Assembly: GCA_977030845.1 (NCBI GenBank)
Contig: OZ365112.1
Span: forward strand, 22,506,001 to 22,570,000
DNA from: Fimbriosthenelais zetlandica
Lineage: Eukaryota
Direction of reading: 5' to 3'
Length of the DNA: 64,000 bases
Positions 49,067 through 63,400 of the stretch are shown here, piece after piece; the stretch's first letter is position 1, and every line of letters starts with the position of its first letter. A model generated the notes under the pieces. The model had not been told where the DNA came from and ran no database searches. It saw only the letters and a program-made list of their open reading frames with translations. Position numbers and translations under genes: made by a program.

Positions 49067-52031
49067 ATTTAGAATGTAATATGGGGCTAACAGACATTGT
49101 GTGTGTTTATGATGTATTAGCTCTAGATGCTGAGATACTCTGGTTGAGAGGGTAATTGAAATGATGTTCCCTGACGTGTGAGTGTACAGGGGACACCCCC
49201 TCGGAGCAAAGCGCAGAAGTTGATCTAGTAGCAGCCGGGCTGCCTGGACAGACAAATTGGTGTTGATTGGAGAGTTGGAGGGGCGGATAAAGAGAGACGC
49301 CTTTTGTCGATTGTCACTTGTAAGTTGCAACAAACAACACATCATCAATCAACGTCAGGCTGATGATAGCCACTGTAGCTGTAAATCATTCGGGCTCCTT
49401 TCTTGTAACTTCACCAGATCTTGTCTTAGGACAAGCTCTCTGTGTGAATGTGTAAACGGAGCAGGACAATGCGGGATGAAGACTACAATCTGATAATAGT
49501 TTCTATCCTTCATTCTCATTGATGGTTCGTCCTTTTGATAGAATGGCCAATGTGTATCATTGTGATGCAGTAGATTGATTGTGATAGTGGATGTCCATGT
49601 TCTTATACATAGAATTGTTCTTGTGAAACATCTGAGACTCACCCAGAAGAATTAATGACAAAATTAAGATGTCATGCTTGAATTAGATCTTGTCTTATAT
49701 TGATGATGAAAGTATGTGTTACCTTTCACAGTGAAGGATTATAAGTTAGAGTGATGGGAAAAGATACGTGTGTATGTGGATATTGTTTGATAGGAGAGGA
49801 AGGGAACGGACTCAAAGTGTTAGATGTGTAGCCACTATAAATCACGTAGAGAGGTTGACAGTTGGTAGTATAGGGGTAAAAACCTCCCAGTTTGGGCGTC
49901 AGAGATGGCGTTTAAAACCAACATATGTCATGGTGTGCATGTTGGGGGTTGGCTGGGGAGTAGGGCCCAGTCTGTTATTACCTGTGTACACAAGGGGCCT
50001 GCCTTAGATAAGTGGGACTGAGAATAGGCTTAGAGTCCCTACTAAGTAACACTCCCCCTTCTCTTCCCTTCTCTCCGCTCTCCACGGCCATTTTTTATCT
50101 GGCCTCACTCGACACCTCTTCACTGGTTAAATATTTAAACACGCACCCTATACTTAAATGCTGGGCTCGTCAAGCCCCAATTTACATACAGAGCCAGTGG
50201 ATATATGGGTGTAAGTTTTCAGTGGAAAACGAAGATCTACGCCCAGTAAGATATGTCCCCTTGATACAAATTGATACTTTCTAAATGATATCCGTTTTCT
50301 CAAGGGTAATATATTTAAAAGAAATGTCACCCAATAAAAAATATCGGCCAGTCTAATATATTGGCCTTTCACAGATAACCAATGTTATCTACAAGCCTAG
50401 CCATTTAAACATTACTTGTATAAAGGTGATATGATCTCGGCTCATGAATCTGATTCTGCACATTTACATCTCCGATTCGGATGTAGATTTCATGAGAATC
50501 TTTAAAAAATAGTCATCAGGGTCAGAAGGATAAAAACGAATTCATCTAGAAACAAATATCCACCTTCCATGAGATTTATAAATGCATGGTAAACGGTCTC
50601 AATTTTGTGTAGGTCCCTGTAGATTTGATGAATATAGATGTAGTTTTGCCCCACCTGAAACAATTTTTAGATACTTTCACTTAGGAACTTCTACAGGTTC
50701 CTCTTGCCAATATATTCACTGGCTTAAATGCTTCATACCATCAGACAAAAAGAGTCAGTTAAGTCAGATTGGTCTCCACCTGTTTTAGGCCCCGAGGGTA
50801 CATAGTGCAGTATGTGTAGGTCTCTCGGTCATTTCACATGCTTTTAGCTTTGATGTATGTGTGTAGGACAGAGATGGATCATGAGTGATTAACACTGTCC
50901 ATAAGTTGACCAGGCCAGCTCTATGGTCAGTGGTAGAGGTGGTGGTGGTAGTAGCCCCTGTGTCCAGGCCCTGGTCAATCCTGGTCAGCATGCATGCAGC
51001 AGAGCCCTGGGTATCAATCTACATACCTTGAAAATAACTTGTCTGCACTAACTGCATATTGTTGGTTATAGTTAACGCTGACATATCTTTCTTTTGAACT
51101 TTTCTTTTGATAAAATATCATGAAAATGTTCGGAAATATCCGTTGTCGACAGACTTTACTCATTGAATTTAAAAGGTACATTTTGCCAGACAGGATACTT
51201 TCTAAAAACAAAAATAAAAAGGTTAGAAATGTACTCTAAACTTCATATTTCCACAACCACTTAATATCAAGATAATCTTATAGAATACCTTGATCGCCAT
51301 ATCAATTTTATTGTGTTGAACGTTAGGGGAACGATTGAAAATATTATTATTTGTGTTTGAAGTGTAGGTATGTGGATAGTTTGGAGGAGCGGGAGGAGGA
51401 GGAGGGGGAAGCCCGGGGCGGTGGTAGGGATACATGGCGGCTGGCCCCCGGGCACCTCCAGCCTCCAGCGCTCTCTCTATCTGCTCTCTGCTCTTACCGA
51501 CCTTTGCTTACTCTGGCCACAACCTATAGCGCACCTGTCGGCGTCCCTGGTCAAAAATAATGGGAAAACATTCATATATACGCCTGGAGAATAGAGATGG
51601 CATGGCTGGGGGCGGGGGAGGTGGGAGGGGGTCGCCAGCAGAGATGAGGCATGCATGCTGATTTTTAAACTGGCCAAAGTTTTTTTTCTCTTGGAGGACT
51701 ATCTATAAACATGATATGCAGTTGTTATAGCGAGGTAAATTCATTACATGTATATGGATTTCTCAGTTATCTTTAAAGATGTGAACAAATGAGGCAGTGG
51801 GTAGTTTTTGAGTATCGACTATGCAGTAGTTGCAATGTGGACGCTGAAAATCTCTCATTAATTTTGTCACTCTTTGGTGTCTCGGAGATACTGAGAAGTC
51901 ATTCTATGCCGTCCATCCCTTCCACAATGCTCATTTGTTTCACTTTTCCCCCAGTTTCCCCATCCATTCCATCCCCCTTTCCCTCCTGCATATTCCATTC
52001 CATCTCCCCCGACTTACCTGCGACCAGCCAA

Positions 52032-52102
52032 CCAATGAGGAGACGTGCCTGGATGACGTCACGCGGGCCTACCTGATTGGGTCACACCTGAGTTCTCACG
52101 TG
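52032..52102. promoter_or_regulatory. CCAAT - CRE - ATTGG - E-box cluster, candidate promoter/enhancer of the downstream transcription-factor-like gene
   Basis: CCAAT 52032-52036, perfect CRE TGACGTCA 52054-52061, ATTGG 52076-52080, CACGTG 52097-52102, about 1.2 kb upstream of ATG 53331. Confidence 0.45.
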
Positions 52103-53330
52103 TACTATATGGATGGAGGCCATGGAGGAGGGAGGACGTCCAGGTTAACTTTACTCCTCCACACTACGTGAATATACTCATCAATACTCACAGACACACG
52201 TCTCTCTCATCATTATTGAGGCACCACACACCTGTATTGGAAGGACAACAGAAATCAGTGAAGGCAGCATATATTTCGGTGATCACCAAAAGTTCTGAGG
52301 ATAGAATATTCTTCTCAACAATTTCTCTATACCCTTCAATCATAGCTGGATGGTGAATATAGGAGGAGGTCCAGGACTTGTGTATTGATCTCTCTGTTCC
52401 TGTGTCTGGGGACTGGTCACGGTTTGATAGTTTGATCACTAACTACATTCATCATTTTTGCAGTCCTGATAAATGGATCCTATCTAATTTCGTCATGAAT
52501 TGTTAATGTTCGTCGAGTACTGAAAGCTTCCTCATCGTTTGGACAACTTGTAAGGCATTTTATAATACAGGAGCAATATTGTATTTTGACTGATTAACTT
52601 CATGAAGTCAAGTTCGAAATTCAAGTTCATCAAATTGGTGATCTGAGACAGTGAGAGTGATCTCTTAATGAACAGTCATCATTTTATGAGTGCGCCTCTG
52701 ATCTGAGACCAGGTTGTTGGAGATTTGGTTGAAGGAATGACTGTGGCAGAGAGGTCTTGAATCTTCAAGGTCTGCCTACCCACCTGTAGCTGGTCATCTG
52801 AGGTATTCCTGGATCCATTGCCAGTTCTCTATTGTCCTACTCCACTCTCCCGCCATTGCCGACGCCAGCCCGCCCTTTACCTCGCATGTCAAACTGCAGT
52901 CTGCCAAAGGGAGGAGAGCTGGGCATTTTTGTCCTGGTCCTACATGCCAACTATTTACATGGGTCTTTCTTACCAACAACATTTTCTCAATTAGTTTACA
53001 AATTGTGACGAGTCTCCTACATACATGTACAGTATTCTGTGCTGTGTTCAGAGAGTGTTCCACGCTGAACTGTTAAGCTTGTCGCCAAGTTCATAGAAAC
53101 TTGGGTATAAACCTCCATATTACTGGAAAATCTGTAAAGCCTATACTCTCAGATGCCAGGCCAAATAAGATATTAATTTTTGCCCAAAAGAGAAGGCCAA
53201 GAAATGCCATGATTGAAGAAGACTGTACCAATACCACCAGCCTAAGAATTGTTGTTTAATATGTTACGGACCAATCTACTTTGGTGAATATTTATTAACA
53301 TAAATTGTGTGTAAAGATCCTGTTGGTATT

Positions 53331-54420
53331 ATGAACATGGACATGAGTTCGTGTGTGGTGAGTGGACCATGGCATATGCCTGTCTCATACAGGGATGACC
53401 TATCAGCCAGCCCTATGGGAATGATAGGTGGTGGAGTGGGAGGAGGAGGGGGAGCATATCAAAATATGCAACCATCTTTATCCCCTCTGTCTGGTTCTTA
53501 TAACGGCTACACCACCTCCTCATACAGAGACAGTTCCTCCTGCTCGCAGATCCTCTCCCCCACCACTGACCATCATCCCCATCAGGAGGGGGACGAGGAG
53601 GAGGCCTCCAGTGGCTGCCATGGCAATGGTACTGGTCTAGAGAGTGGACTTATGGTGGGTGGACTTGGTCACCAGAACGCTGGCATGGGAGGAGGTGGTG
53701 GGGGTCTGGATAGGAAAATCCTGACTAATTTAGACACTTATAAAGACACTTACATGAAAGATGCCTATGGATGTATGCGCTCCAACAACCATGGAGGAGT
53801 TGGGGGAGACATGTTAGGGCACGATATGAAAGACAAATCCCCAATGGTTGACTATGGGATGAAGGACTTTACTAATTGTGGGTATAATGATAACTTTGGG
53901 TTGGGTTTGAAGTCAGAGAACTCCTGTTACAGATCTGGTTCTCCATTAGGGGTCACTTCTCTTGTTCAACAAAATCATCTGCCTCAATATGCCATGTCAG
54001 GTTATTCACTGCCCGCCTATAGCAGTGCTACTCCTGGCTTACAAACCAACCATTCAGCAAGTGGTGGAGGACTTATAGGAGGGGGAGCCATGCCTGCCTG
54101 CTCCTCGTCCTACCAGGCGGGCGGCCCGCCATCATACACCCCGCCTGAACCGCTACAAGCCATCCCGTCCAGCCCCTCTGCCGGAACCACCTTTCCCACC
54201 AACAGTTGTATGTATTCCCCATGGGGAGCTCCGCCGACTTCCCCGCCCGGCATGCTGGGATCAGCGGGCGGGGTAGCGCCTCACCTCTCCCCGCCTGGCG
54301 TGGGCGCTGCGGCCGCCGCTGCTGCCGTCACGTCGGTACCTCTCAAACCTTCACCAGTCATTATGACCACAGCTACAGCGGTCAGCCTGCCCAGTACCAT
54401 GTCTACATACGCTCTCAAAG
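53331..54420 (+). CDS. First large coding exon (363 codons + phase 1) of a probable developmental transcription factor; Gly/Ser/Pro/Ala-rich activation-like region, no DNA-binding domain within the window
   Basis: ORF 53307..54464 in the track; ATG at 53331 (MNMDMSSCVV...); donor AAAG|GTAGGA at 54420/54421; GC-rich relative to flanks; poly-Gly, poly-Ala, SP/TP repeats and a PPSY motif. No downstream coding exon recognised up to 64000. The transcription-factor call is inferred from composition only. Confidence 0.7.
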
Positions 54421-57400
54421 GTAGGACAGAGAGATCCTTTAATTCCCTTTCTTTAAAAAGTTGAAAAAGATTCGCGTCAAACTCAACTTTAATTTCAAAA
54501 GTCGCGTCATTTTACTCCTGAAAAAAGTATTTATGAAGGGTGATGCCTTTGGTCAAATTAATTCAAGGAGTATTCTTTCTTTTTCTATCATTGTCCTTTC
54601 AGTTTAAAATTTTATTTACTGTTTGCCATCCTAAATGTTCATTTGCGCGCTTCAGAGCAAGACAAATTAACATCTTGGAAGCTTATTTTCATATAGACCT
54701 ACACCCACTATAGTATTATTAATTCAGAGAGATACTTTCAGTGAGAACTTTGTTAATGACATATTATTCCATCAAACTAGAAACAAAATGAGTCTACTAA
54801 AGTGCCAGGTCTACTGTTCTTCCCGTGGGAAAATAATTGGTCGCCTTTTTGTGGACGCGAATCCCGCGTCAATGCCCCACCCCCATATACTACTTACACT
54901 TTCCCGTCAGTGAACGCTATGAGAAGCGCGAGACGCGCCTGGCGCCTCTTCTTGGAGGCCAAGGACGGACACTTAATATTCACTTCTGAGGGTCGGTCCA
55001 CTATTTGTCATTATTTTAAGATATTGCTAGACCACATGAATCAGAAGATTGGATATATTTGAGTCACTGGGGTCGAAAGTGGGGATGTTCCCATAGATTC
55101 CAGGGCCGGAGTAGGCTACTGGGGACCCCATTGGAAGCAAGAAACAATATACAGCCTTCCATACCTTTTTATCCCTGTGTCGCCGACTATATAGTTACAT
55201 GCCACTACAACCAAATGACTATATCGATTTCCAATGATAAGCGTGTGTTATAACTCTAATCATAGCTAGGCCGCAGTGGGGAGCAGATGGGAGGGCCAGC
55301 TCGCATGCTGATAAGAGTAAAGTAAATATGATTACATAAGCTGTGGTTATGGGGTGGTAGATGGGAGAGAGAGCTGTCCAAATCATCACTCACTTCTCCT
55401 TCACTGTCTCCCCGCAGCTGCGCCCACCGCAGCCCTCTTTTACCCTCCAAGGTCATCTGGGTCATCAAAACTGTCACGTCAAAATAGATTCCTTCTGCCC
55501 CATTTTCAAAATTACTTTAACTTTCGGCAATTAAGAATCAATTCTTGCTGAAACCATTTGGTGCCGTGTTCAGCTTGCACCTTAAATTGAAAAATTTATA
55601 GTACAAATCTCCCATTTAAAATATTGGCGATATTTCACACTTTGATAAACGCTATGACAAGGCGGACCTAGGCATTTGGCGAGGTTAGAACTGCCAAGTG
55701 GACCTGGTATAATCTAAAAAGGCCAAATGCATTTCAAAGCATCTGTTACATATGCGAGTCATGTCCCTTATCTTTTGTTGCATAAAGATAAGGGCATGTC
55801 AGTTTCAAAACGAGCTGTTTAACTATTTCTCGAAGAGGCCCTAATGAATGAAGTTGCCTTGAATTTTTTTTACTTTTTTTTGGATTCTTGCTATGCATGC
55901 TTCCCCCACAAAGCTCAAAAACCATGCTTCCCCCATTAAATAAATCCTTGGTTTGTTCTTCATGGATTCAAAGGGCCATTATAACATAAATAATTGCTTT
56001 TTGGCCTTTTTTGCAATACTCAGTTTGAATCTTTGAAAGTTGTGGTGGAGGGTTTTTGTTTTCACCCGAGCGCGGCGGCTCATTCTGGAGGGAGGGTAAA
56101 TCCTTTGTGGCCTTGGCTACATAGTCCCGGCAAGCATGAATGATGAGCCTCAACAGTTGATATTTCTTCAACAAAAGCCTTGTTGGCATTGGGTACTTGC
56201 ATGAAATGTTAGCAATGTCAACAAACAATAAGGGAAATGGTTTTGTTGGCAGTTCTGGTGACAGCGTCCAGACCGTGTTGGTGAATATTCTATAACTAAA
56301 ACATCTCACCAATAGGTCTTCCTCTGCTCCATGATACAGTGTTGCCACTTACGTTTAGATAACCCAGCAGGAGTGCAAATTTAACTGTAATCTTACCTAT
56401 AAAATAGTCAACATATTGTCCCTAAAACCAAAGATAACGCGCTTATGAACTTGCCCTAATATTGCATTGGTATAGCGAAATTAAGATTTCATGTTATAGG
56501 GCCTAAGTCTCTCCTGAGATTTCATTTCACTCATTATGTGAGGCAGGGAATACATTCAACTGCGTGACTAAGAATTATCTTGGTGACTAAATATGGTTCA
56601 TGGTAGTGGTTGCCTATAGTAAGCCGACTGGCCACCCTCCAAGACACAGTTGGGCAAAGGACCCATTAATATAATGACCACCACTTACCATAACTAGTGA
56701 GAGACGGATTGTGCAATGGCAAACAGTGAATCTCTTGCCATGTAACGCCCATGTTTTCAGTTAAAATAACCATGAGGTGACAGTAGTAATGATAGCAAAT
56801 TTGTCAAGGTAACCCTCGAGAGAAAAGCAAATAATATACAATTTACTGTTGATTTTGTCCCTCATACAGCAAGGAGCCCTTTTTATTTAAGAGGATTTGT
56901 CCACCTCCGATGATATTATTAAATAACAGGGACTTACAAGCAGGTATAACAGTTTCTAGCTGATATATTTACACAACATTAGTTGTTCCTCATGCACGAG
57001 TAGTAGAGTGCTCTGAGGAAGTCATCTGTGACTGGAATCATAACAGATTCACAACTCAATGATCCATGAAGCTGAGTAGTTCAAAGCCAACTAAGGTCGA
57101 TCAGAACCAAATTTGAATGGAGATGGAGGCTGAATAATGAATAAGTGAACCTCCTAATGGCACTTATCAAATATTCATCGAGAATTTCAACTCTTCCTGT
57201 GATACCAAAATGTGTACCCATGGAGTCAGACTCAGTAGGAAATGTCCATAAGGAAAGCCTGTAGCGATTTACCCTACAGTTAAATAGATTTTAGTATATT
57301 TCTTGAATGGGACATTGAAGCGCATGCCATTGTCATCCTAAACCCTGCACAGCTTTAACTTATACGTGCTTCTAATATTGTAACAAAGCAAAATGTAGAT

Positions 57401-60400
57401 CTATATGTTGACATTAGATTTAGTAAATTTATGTCTTAGTCATGTAGAGTGAACGCACAAGAGAACTTTTAGAATCCTCTTGGCACAAACTATCCAAGCT
57501 ATGAGGAGACGGGGAAAGAATTGTTCTGGACAAGACATTGTCCACTGCCTGTTGCGTGCCCAGTCCCATTAAAAATGTATCAAATCTGGTCAATTATGTA
57601 TTGACAAATGTTTAACTCGCGTGTCTTGTGGACATTCTGTTTTCCCTTGCCCACCTTCTCCAGCTGGGGATGTATGTGGAGCTGTTGGTAGGACCGCAGA
57701 CAGAGGTGGGTGTAATAAGGGGTTGGTGGTAGGGTGCGACACACCTCAGGTGTAAAGACGAGTGAACTCACTCACCTCCACCCGTGACCGGACGTGGGAA
57801 GATGTGGGGTCATTTTCTCAAGCTTCTTTGTGACCACCTGAGGTCATGGCTGGACAGTGGTCAGTGCCGCTATAGTGAGGAGAGGGACGCTGATATATCT
57901 GCTGTGCCTGTCTTAAGGCGGTGTTGGGGTCTTGTAGGGACACGGCCATTATCTGCTAAAGTGATCTTTACAAATGTTTGACATCACAAACAAACTGTTT
58001 GTTTCTCTCGTGTCATCCTTTCCCTGTGAAGCCTCAAGGCTTTTAAAAAGTGATAAATCATCATTTCTTTCCATATCAGATTGATTGGGGAAAGATTTGG
58101 TCCTAATCATATGATGCCCTTTGCATGGTCTGTACTCATATGGGATTGTTCTTGCCTTTGTTTTCTCCTGGTTCCTGATAACAATGAGATGAATATGACC
58201 CCAGACTTCAGTGCTTAGTTTAAAATTGGAAGCCCAAATGAATTTTTAAAGTTCAGCGATTCTCTTATCAGCATTCGGCTCGGGATATTCTTTATATTAA
58301 TGATACTTTTCTGGTATATATTTACGCTGAATTATATACAAAAAGAAGAGATCAGGGAAAGAGATGAAGGGAGGTAGATAGAGACTGATGCGGGGATGGA
58401 GAGAGAGGGAAGAAGAGAAGTAGGTCTGGCCTGACTGAGGTAGCAGCAGTCAATTATCCTGTCACTCTAACCAATCCACCTGACAGTGCCAGTCATGATG
58501 CACCTGTCTGAACTATATTTGGTTAGTTTAACCACCAACTATGTCACCTGTGGAGGCCAAACTGTATTATTGTGCTGTACGAATCTGTGAAGCAGTGGTG
58601 TGGAGCTGATTATATACTGCACACCTCATTCTGAGCCCTATACACATATATGTACATAGCAAGAAAGCATGTGTGAGCATCCATGTTTATAAACCACATC
58701 CCACAATCCATGGTCATGCCTTACCCCAAAACTACCCGAGCTTCTCTGAGCTGTGCGGAACATGAGACTCTTGTCGGACGTAATAGGTGAAATGATATCA
58801 TTTTATTGTACATAATTCACAAAAATGATTTCTTTCTATACTCGTTGTACTCACCAAAGCATTGTGTCGATGGAATGCACACGCGCACATATTTCTTTTC
58901 GGAAGGAATTCCTTCTATATCGATTGCCCATTTAGAATATCATTCTGAATGCACAATTATTTGGCAACAATATCATTAGCTGAGATGCTTTTGGATAGAT
59001 GAGGTAAATACTAGGGCTGGTGTTCATGAATAATCTATAAGATATCTGACGTTATGATAAACTGTTAGCCTCCTCTGCTACGACAGATCATTGTAATATT
59101 CATGGCTCAGGGCTGCCTGTCGCTGATGAATAATATAATGTTCCACTTTGGAGCGTTTCAAATTCATCTGACTCAGGGAATGAGAGATCAATTGACCCAA
59201 TAAATTGGAGGTTTATTGGAGTTTAGTCCATCCTTTTGGCTTTGTTGAGAGGTGCACAAGTATGCTATAGTAGATGACACACTGAATCACATGCCTCATT
59301 TTAGCTGCAAAAGTAAATGTAACGGTCTTGGGCCAGATTCTGAGTTTTGTGCTAGCTAAAATGCACAAATAATTTATATAGGGAAAAAATCCAATGTTTT
59401 TTAAAAGCCGCGAAAGTCCCACCTTGTTTCCGCCCACCAATGATATCTATGGACATGATAAATGACAATAGACTCAGCAGGGAAGGATAGCACCACCGCA
59501 GGGATGAAATAACTTAACTGCAGGGAATGATATGATGAATCTGAAATTTTAAGTAGCCTAAGCGACTGGTGTAAACTGGCCTTTAAAAGATTTTGTAATT
59601 TGTACAAATATGCTCAGGAATAATCTGTTGAAATGAATAACTTAATGATACTGAGTTGACTCCTTTAAATGGAGATTTTATGGGCGTCCACCTTCAAGGA
59701 AGCCAGTATCCCTGCAACATTTCCCAAGCACTTGGCTTCCACTGAGGCACGAGTCTGACATTGTTTGCATATACAAAATCTAATCGACTTTACGATCATA
59801 AAATACAACCAACATGCCCAAAACCCCACCTCTATGCACGAAGCCTGGTGGCCCTTTTTGATGTGGTTGATGTATTTAGGTGTTGACTTTGGACCTTGCA
59901 TTGCTCATGTTAGAGATCATAAATGTTCCACGTCTACTTTGGGACGTGAAGAACAGGTCCAGGATCGGTCGTAAACGTCGCCGTTTACCCTGCTTTTGCA
60001 TGTTTCAGAAATGGGGAGGGTCTAGACTATATAACTTATTATAGGACCTACATAGAGAAGAGGGACGTTGGCTTGCGGGTCTCTAATAGCATTGTATAAT
60101 ATAACATACACCGGATATAAGGGAGAAATTTGAATGAAATTCTGACCCAGGTTACAAGTCTTTTCATGAATATTCATACCTGGTTGACACGATGATAATT
60201 GTAAAATAGCCCGGAGACTCATGGACCGATTTTCTCCCGTGTATTGAGGTCTTCTGTTCAGCAGGGGAAATGACCACTGGACTGATCTATATACCTACTT
60301 GGGAATTTTCTCCAATAAAAACAGATGATCTGAGGTGTAACAAAATATATATACTAACTTCCCTTTATAGCCTCTCATTTAAATCTCACACTTATTCTAA

Positions 60401-63400
60401 ACATGATAAATCTACCAGTCATTGCAGGACAAAGAACTTGCTATTATAGAAAATCGCAGAGACACAAAACTCGGGCAGCAATCATCCCTGTGACAAATAG
60501 TATCCTGGTTTCGACTTCGCCGCCCAACATTTGTCTTGGGAAAGAAACAAATATTTAAATTATGAATGGTAAACTAAGATTGTTGTCGGTCCCTTCAACA
60601 CTTGCAGGTTTAGGCCTACAGGCATATAACATGTGAGTACATGCATACATGAATGCTCAGATTTAGCTCTTGCTAAAGTCCGATATTGCACTGCCTGCGA
60701 TGTGTTTATGCAATTTCCTTGAAGTAGCCCTAACGTTACTTTTCTAAGTGATCGACATAGGCAGTGCAAATGTATATTACAAAATACTTTGACATATCTC
60801 TAAAAGCAGGCCTATAGTGGCAGTGTTGATTTGCCTATGCCCCCTGCTTCCTGTAGTGCCCTTTGATGAATGTTCGTTTTGAAGCCATCAAAAGCACCCT
60901 ACCTGTCCCTATGAAGATCTTCCGAGTCAGAGAGAATGAAGAAGACGGCTTTTTATTCAAGTCAGTTTATGTAGTTGGTTGTTGCCAGCTTGGGGCTAGA
61001 GAAGCAGAGCAGACAGCTGACATCTGAGGTCACTCCGGGTCGTCTCAGAAAGCTACCGTATCATTACCTATCGTGGGGGTCATCTTTGTAGCAAGGGTCA
61101 ACTAGCAGCCCCTTCCCTACACCTACCTTGCCTCCTTTACCGCCCCTTCTCTCCCACTAACATCTAATCATTGGGCTTCGGCTCCTTTTTTCACAACCGA
61201 GGTGCCACAATCAGCCCCTACCCTGTTGAAATTCCCCCTCAAGCTTTGCCCAGCTCACAGCTGGGGTGATAATTTCGCGCGACGCGACGCCCAATCCGCG
61301 TCCCCAAGGGGGCGGAAGTGTTCTGTCGTTGTCATGACTCGCACGATAACATTATCTAGCCCGTCGTCTCTCACAAAAGAAAGAGAGAGAATGACTTTTC
61401 AATTACACCCTATTGAGATTACATGCAGCTTTTGTTTGTTGTATGGTGTTGCGCCACTGAAGAAGTAGTTTGCATGTTAGGCATGGCAGGAGGGGCGGCT
61501 CTCCCTCACTCCCGCCACTATAATCGCCCGCATTTTTAATACAGGCGGTGTTCACCATGACAACCTGCTGTGTAATCTACCCTACACTTCATATTTCACC
61601 TCACCACAATCATCTCTGGCTATTTCTATTCCATGTCTCCCAACCTGACATCTCTATGGTAACCTGGAATGTTGCTAGAGGTATATACACTAACTATGCA
61701 TAAGTGGTATGAAAAGCCCTGAAAATTGCCCACATTTCTACCATGTTTAATACAAACGTGTGTTGGCAGTACTTAGGCCCTATGTTAATATTAGAGTATG
61801 CTCACATTATCCAGGTCTATTGATATCCCAAATCTAAGTTATATAAGTTAAACATTAGAGGTCATGCTGCTGAGCAAGTAGAACCCCCGAGACTGATTAG
61901 GAATGTCGAGATTAGCCTATTTGAAAGAGATCGTTTTAGAGAGATCTTCCAAGAGAGCGTCCTTTATGGTTAATTAGGATTTATTAACTTAACAACATTG
62001 CCATTGCCACAGTAGCTTGTTAATTATTGGTTTAAGGCTTGGTTTCTTCCCTTCCTCTCACTGTTTCTTGTCAAAGCTTAGTTGAAATGGACACAATCAA
62101 TAGATGAAGGACCTATTTAAAGATCCAGCCGTCTTGCCAGCGTCAAGTCAATCCTCTGATGGATCTTGCATCAATTAGTAGCTTGATCAACCTAATTAAA
62201 TCTTAGAGGAAGAAATGAAAGAATGATCATTGGATCAATTCTCCTCCCACAAACAAAAAGTGGTCTTTAGTGGTGAATCTAGGAGGAATCGTATTGATGT
62301 GGCGAGATTAAACAAGGAAAATGAAAAGTTCAAAGCGCCGCGCCCGCCCAGGTATCAGTCGTGTTGTTAATGATAACACGCAGAGCTTCCCCCTTCTCAC
62401 CTGACGCTGAAGTAGCGGGCAATAATCAATGTTTGATCAATTGCGGTTTAGGAAAATAAACATCAGCATGTGGGGAGCTGTTGTAAGTGGGTACTTTGAG
62501 CGTAACATAATGTTTATGCTGTTAAATGTTTGTCCGCACAAAGTCAACATTCACACCGGCATATCTTGGTGAATTCACCGTAACAGAAATGATCATAATT
62601 TGTTGGTCATGGTATAAATTGCCCTCTGTGTGTTGATTAGTTAAGTCAAAGGATATGTTAGTATCGTGAAATTATATGGCCGTGAAAATATGATTTTTGT
62701 CGTAGCATGAAGGTGTTCATGATGCCGCCTGGTAGCCTTTGTTTGTTTAAGGCTGGGGTGTGAGGGCGGTGGTGCACAGACAAAGGTTAACCAATCAGCC
62801 TCTGCTGCTGATGGATGGGATGTGTCCCCGTCAAAGACAACTTTGCGTGAGGACTTTACCTTCAATGCTGGTGAACTTCTGTTAGCCTTCAATTCCCAAA
62901 TTATTTTTTCATAATTTACAAAAAAAAATCTACTGCAGAAAAAGAGATTTTTTGAAAGGAATGGTCAGGTGCAGTGGAATAAATTAAACTGAGAGTGGCA
63001 TTTATGTTTGTGTGTAATGTTTGTATTCTAGGCAAACACAATGCCATGGTGTGTGGTGTGGTAAAGCAGTAAGAGTCTATTGATTTTATAAATCACACCT
63101 TGTCTTGATGATTTAGTGCTTACTGGCTAATCACCACCTACCCCAACATTTATCTTTCACCCGCACTGGCAATTGTTTGGCCCCTATTTTTTACATTTTG
63201 GAATTGGGAAACATTTTTGACGTGGGACTCTTTGTTTTGTGCAAATGGTGGAAGCGCCTATAATGTATGTCAGTGTCTTCATTTTCAATTGGAGGCTAAA
63301 TGTGAAAAATCATGAATGCTAAAATAACACCTGTTTGATTGTTCGGATTAACAGCTATAGTAGAGAGCAGGGTCCTTCTTCCTTGCAGTGTACCATGATG

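Noticed and set aside
48064-49348. CRISPR array or repeat-protein ORFs (MKQQSSISP..., QHYIMKQ...)
   Set aside because: Units are contiguous with no unique spacers, the context is eukaryotic, and the ORFs are translation artefacts of the 38-bp minisatellite.
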